From assembly GCA_051294375.1 (NCBI GenBank), contig JBJCIZ010000065.1, forward strand, positions 11,331 through 62,555: a DNA stretch of 51,225 nucleotides, given 5' to 3'. Origin of the DNA: Paraspadella gotoi (lineage: Eukaryota; Animalia; Chaetognatha). Below are positions 48,763 to 51,225 of this stretch, one piece after another. How positions within the stretch are numbered: the stretch's first letter is position 1; every line of letters begins with the position of its first letter. A model generated the notes under the pieces. The model saw only the letters and a list, made by a program, of their open reading frames with translations, did not search any database and was not told the DNA's origin. The translations under genes were made by a program, and so were the position numbers.

Positions 48763-51225
48763 TCATTCTCTCGATACATGAGAACGAATAATTTGACAAA
48801 TAGGAAGTAGTATTTTCGTATTATCGATAATGTTTTGTACTTTATACATCCCGGTTCCCACTCTCTCTAATACCTCATAAGCGGCGACGATTCGCTTCTG
48901 TAATTTTTTATTCATATTTGTTGCAAACGACATTCGTTTTCGAAATACTATGTCTCCCTTGCTTAAAGCTTCGGTTTTATCTCGAGGATTTAAATGTTGC
49001 TGATATGATAATAAATTTTTATATGCCGCAAAACGAATTTCCCGGTGCATTTCTAATAACATATTAAAATCCTCTTCTACAGCCTTACGCCCTTCTAATG
49101 GATCGATCTCCGGCGTCAGCGTCTTCATCGCGTGTTTCCGGGTTACCTGGAATGGACTCCTTCCCCCTAACGAGACGCATGGACTCATGTTTATGGAAAA
49201 CTCAACCTTCCGCAAAATATCGGACCATTTTCGTAAGTCAGGTTCTTTATCTAACCATTTCAAAATTCGAACCAGACAGATTTGATTTAATCGTTCCGAG
49301 TAAGGTTGATGTCTGCTGACGTACGTACTTTGTTGTACTTGTACTCCCAGTTTTCTTAAAATAGTTCGATCAACTTTCCGTTGAGTCACGCATTTACCAT
49401 CGATCGAAACGCAATCCCAAATTCCGTGAGATTCAAACATTTTCAAGAATGCATGAGCGACATCTTCAGCCGAAGTAGATTTTATCGGTATTAAAAAAGA
49501 CTCCCTACTATAGGCGTCTCTGGCTGAGAATATATATTTATATCCCTTTGAGTTTGTTATCGGGCCCAACAAATCACAGGAAAGTATTTGTCTCGGTGCG
49601 AACGGCATTTTAGTCGATGGTTTTTCTTTTACTGTCGGTTTTATGTTATAACTCACACAAACATGACAGCTTCGAATTGCGTCAGTAATTCGTCGTCTCA
49701 TTCCAGGTGTATAGTACATTGTTGACATTATTTTAAAAACGGTATTGTAGTTACAATGTCCGTAATCGTGGTGTACTTTCTCGGCCATTTCGATCAGTTG
49801 CTTAGTATCTACTAATATTAATTTATCGACCATACCATTTTCCTTAACAAATAACCTAAAAATAATTTGCTGGCTATTTATTTTGAACAGCGAAATATGT
49901 CGTAAGATCGTTAAGTCATGTGACTCTAATTGTAGAGCGTCGCTCTTCGATGGCCGAGTTTCGTTGTTTATGATCCAAGATTTCCACCTTTGTATTTCAG
50001 TCGAGTCGTTTTGTAATTTTAGAATTCTTTCGCTTCCTATTTGTGAAAGCGTCGGCAATTCTATATTTTCGAACTCGACTTCTTCGATTTCGAGTTTAGG
50101 TTTGTTTGCTAATAAATCATCGGTCGAAGTGACGTTATCGTACACTTTTCTTTTGTATCGTTTAATTGATATATGTATTTACAGCAGCAGGAGCAATGCT
50201 CCGATGCTTCACCATTTAGTCCTTTACATTTACACCTCTCGCAGACCTTTACCTTTGAAACCTCTCGCAAACCTTTACCTTTGGAAACCTCTCGCAAACC
50301 TTTACCTTTGGAACCTCTCGCAAACCTTTACCTTTGGAAACCTCTCGCAAACCTTTACCTTGGAACCTCCAAACCTTACCTTTGTACACTGCCATCCTGC
50401 AGGGGATTCGTTTGCTTCTGAGTTTCAACCCCTGAGGTGCAGCGGATTCACCTTTAGATCCAGGGCCCAAAGATTCTAAAGGGAATATTTCTGAGTCATC
50501 TGAATTTAATTTTAAAGTTTTAGATATTTTTGCCAAGGGCCCTCTTTTCCCCTTTTCAAAAAATAAATTCATCTCGTCTCTTTTGTCCTTTGAGAACAGG
50601 TTTTCATTAGGGATAACTCACCCTGTGAATTTCGAATAATCGAATAATAATATCGCGAAAAATATTTTTAGCCTCTGACATTTTCGAATTACATCGTTCG
50701 ATTCCAAACTCCTTGATAATTGATCCGGCGGGCATTAAAGGTCGTACCCGGCTATGGAACGAACAATAATATTAAACTCTTGTATGTAATTCAAGGCACG
50801 GGCGACTCTTTCGCTTATAATATCCATACTAAGCCAGTATGAAACTACCCTAGAGTCGACAAAAACATGAGTTTTACAACCTAATAAATAATGTTTAAAA
50901 TGTTTAAGCGATTCGAATAACGAGAACAATTCTTTAAGACAGATCGGCAATAACAAATCGTTATTAGCAAAAGATTTCGAATAATATTGTAATAAATACA
51001 TTCTTTTTTCGTCAGGATCCGCACCCTGTAAAACTTCCGCATCGGACGGACGCTGCAGCTGACACAGTACGCTGCCAAGTGCCGTGCGACTCGCATCGGT
51101 AAAGAGAACGAAATCCTCTTCCTCTATCGGAGCTCTCAGCACTCCCGTCCGATCGTCTAGCAAAATCTCGATACAGCGGTGAAAAGCTTTCTCCTCTTCC
51201 TCGCCCCATTTGAAACGCACGCTGC
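48763..51225 (-). CDS. pol: Gypsy pol: RT thumb/RNase H (51220-50735), linker, integrase (50145-48763); frameshifted
   Basis: FKWGEEEEKAF, FVLFTDAS..ALGSVLCQ, YYSK, KELFSL, FVDS; HHDYGH...CHVC, LSCDLLGP, RDAYSRE, PYSERLN, SINMSP...SPFQV. Confidence 0.92.
50233..50385. repeat. 27-bp tandem repeat (~5.5 copies) inside pol, between RNase H and integrase
   Basis: CCTCTCGCAAACCTTTACCTTTGGAAA units; they encode SKGKGLREV (or FPKVKVCER) on the minus strand. Confidence 0.9.

Larger units (their letters stand above)
45660..51225 (-). mobile_element. Ty3/Gypsy LTR retrotransposon, minus strand, 3' half (pol, SGNH ORF, antisense spliced gene, PPT, 3' LTR)
   Basis: RNase H-integrase order; PPT GGGGGGGAGA immediately followed by TGT on the minus strand. 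Confidence 0.85.

Noticed and set aside
50233-50385. CRISPR-like 27-bp repeats
   Set aside because: No spacers; the repeat lies inside pol coding sequence.
1-51225. tRNA/rRNA genes, bacterial operons, classical env gene
   Set aside because: No cloverleaf, rRNA or operon signature was seen, and there is no long sense-strand glycoprotein ORF after any pol.

Overview
AT-rich eukaryotic (probably invertebrate) genomic DNA from a draft, indel-prone assembly with two 25-N gaps (4970-4994, 16486-16510). The organism cannot be determined from the sequence alone. The window is a nest of mobile elements. (1) A plus-strand Ty3/Gypsy element present twice across the second gap (~10630-16472 and 16511-23398; the duplication is probably an assembly artefact). 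It carries a DEDDy 3'-5' exonuclease ORF after integrase, an antisense ORF, and a PPT plus a 213-bp LTR. (2) A Polinton/Maverick (adintovirus-type) capsid module fragment: minor capsid, pVII-like core protein and major capsid N-terminus (~34920-36484). (3) A near-complete BEL/Pao element interrupting that capsid gene, with an unknown 3' accessory ORF (36485-~45600). (4) A minus-strand Ty3/Gypsy element (51225 to ~45660). Between integrase and its PPT/3' LTR it carries an SGNH/GDSL hydrolase ORF and an antisense, intron-containing gene for a signal-peptide/transmembrane protein. Other features: a tandem pair of diverged 3-exon paralogs of an unrecognised family (6731-8811), a diverged coding inverted repeat (1372-2020), a Cys-rich (GCC2/GCC3, ephrin-receptor-like repeat) host exon, and several minisatellites. 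All family assignments come from visual motif recognition; no database searches were run.
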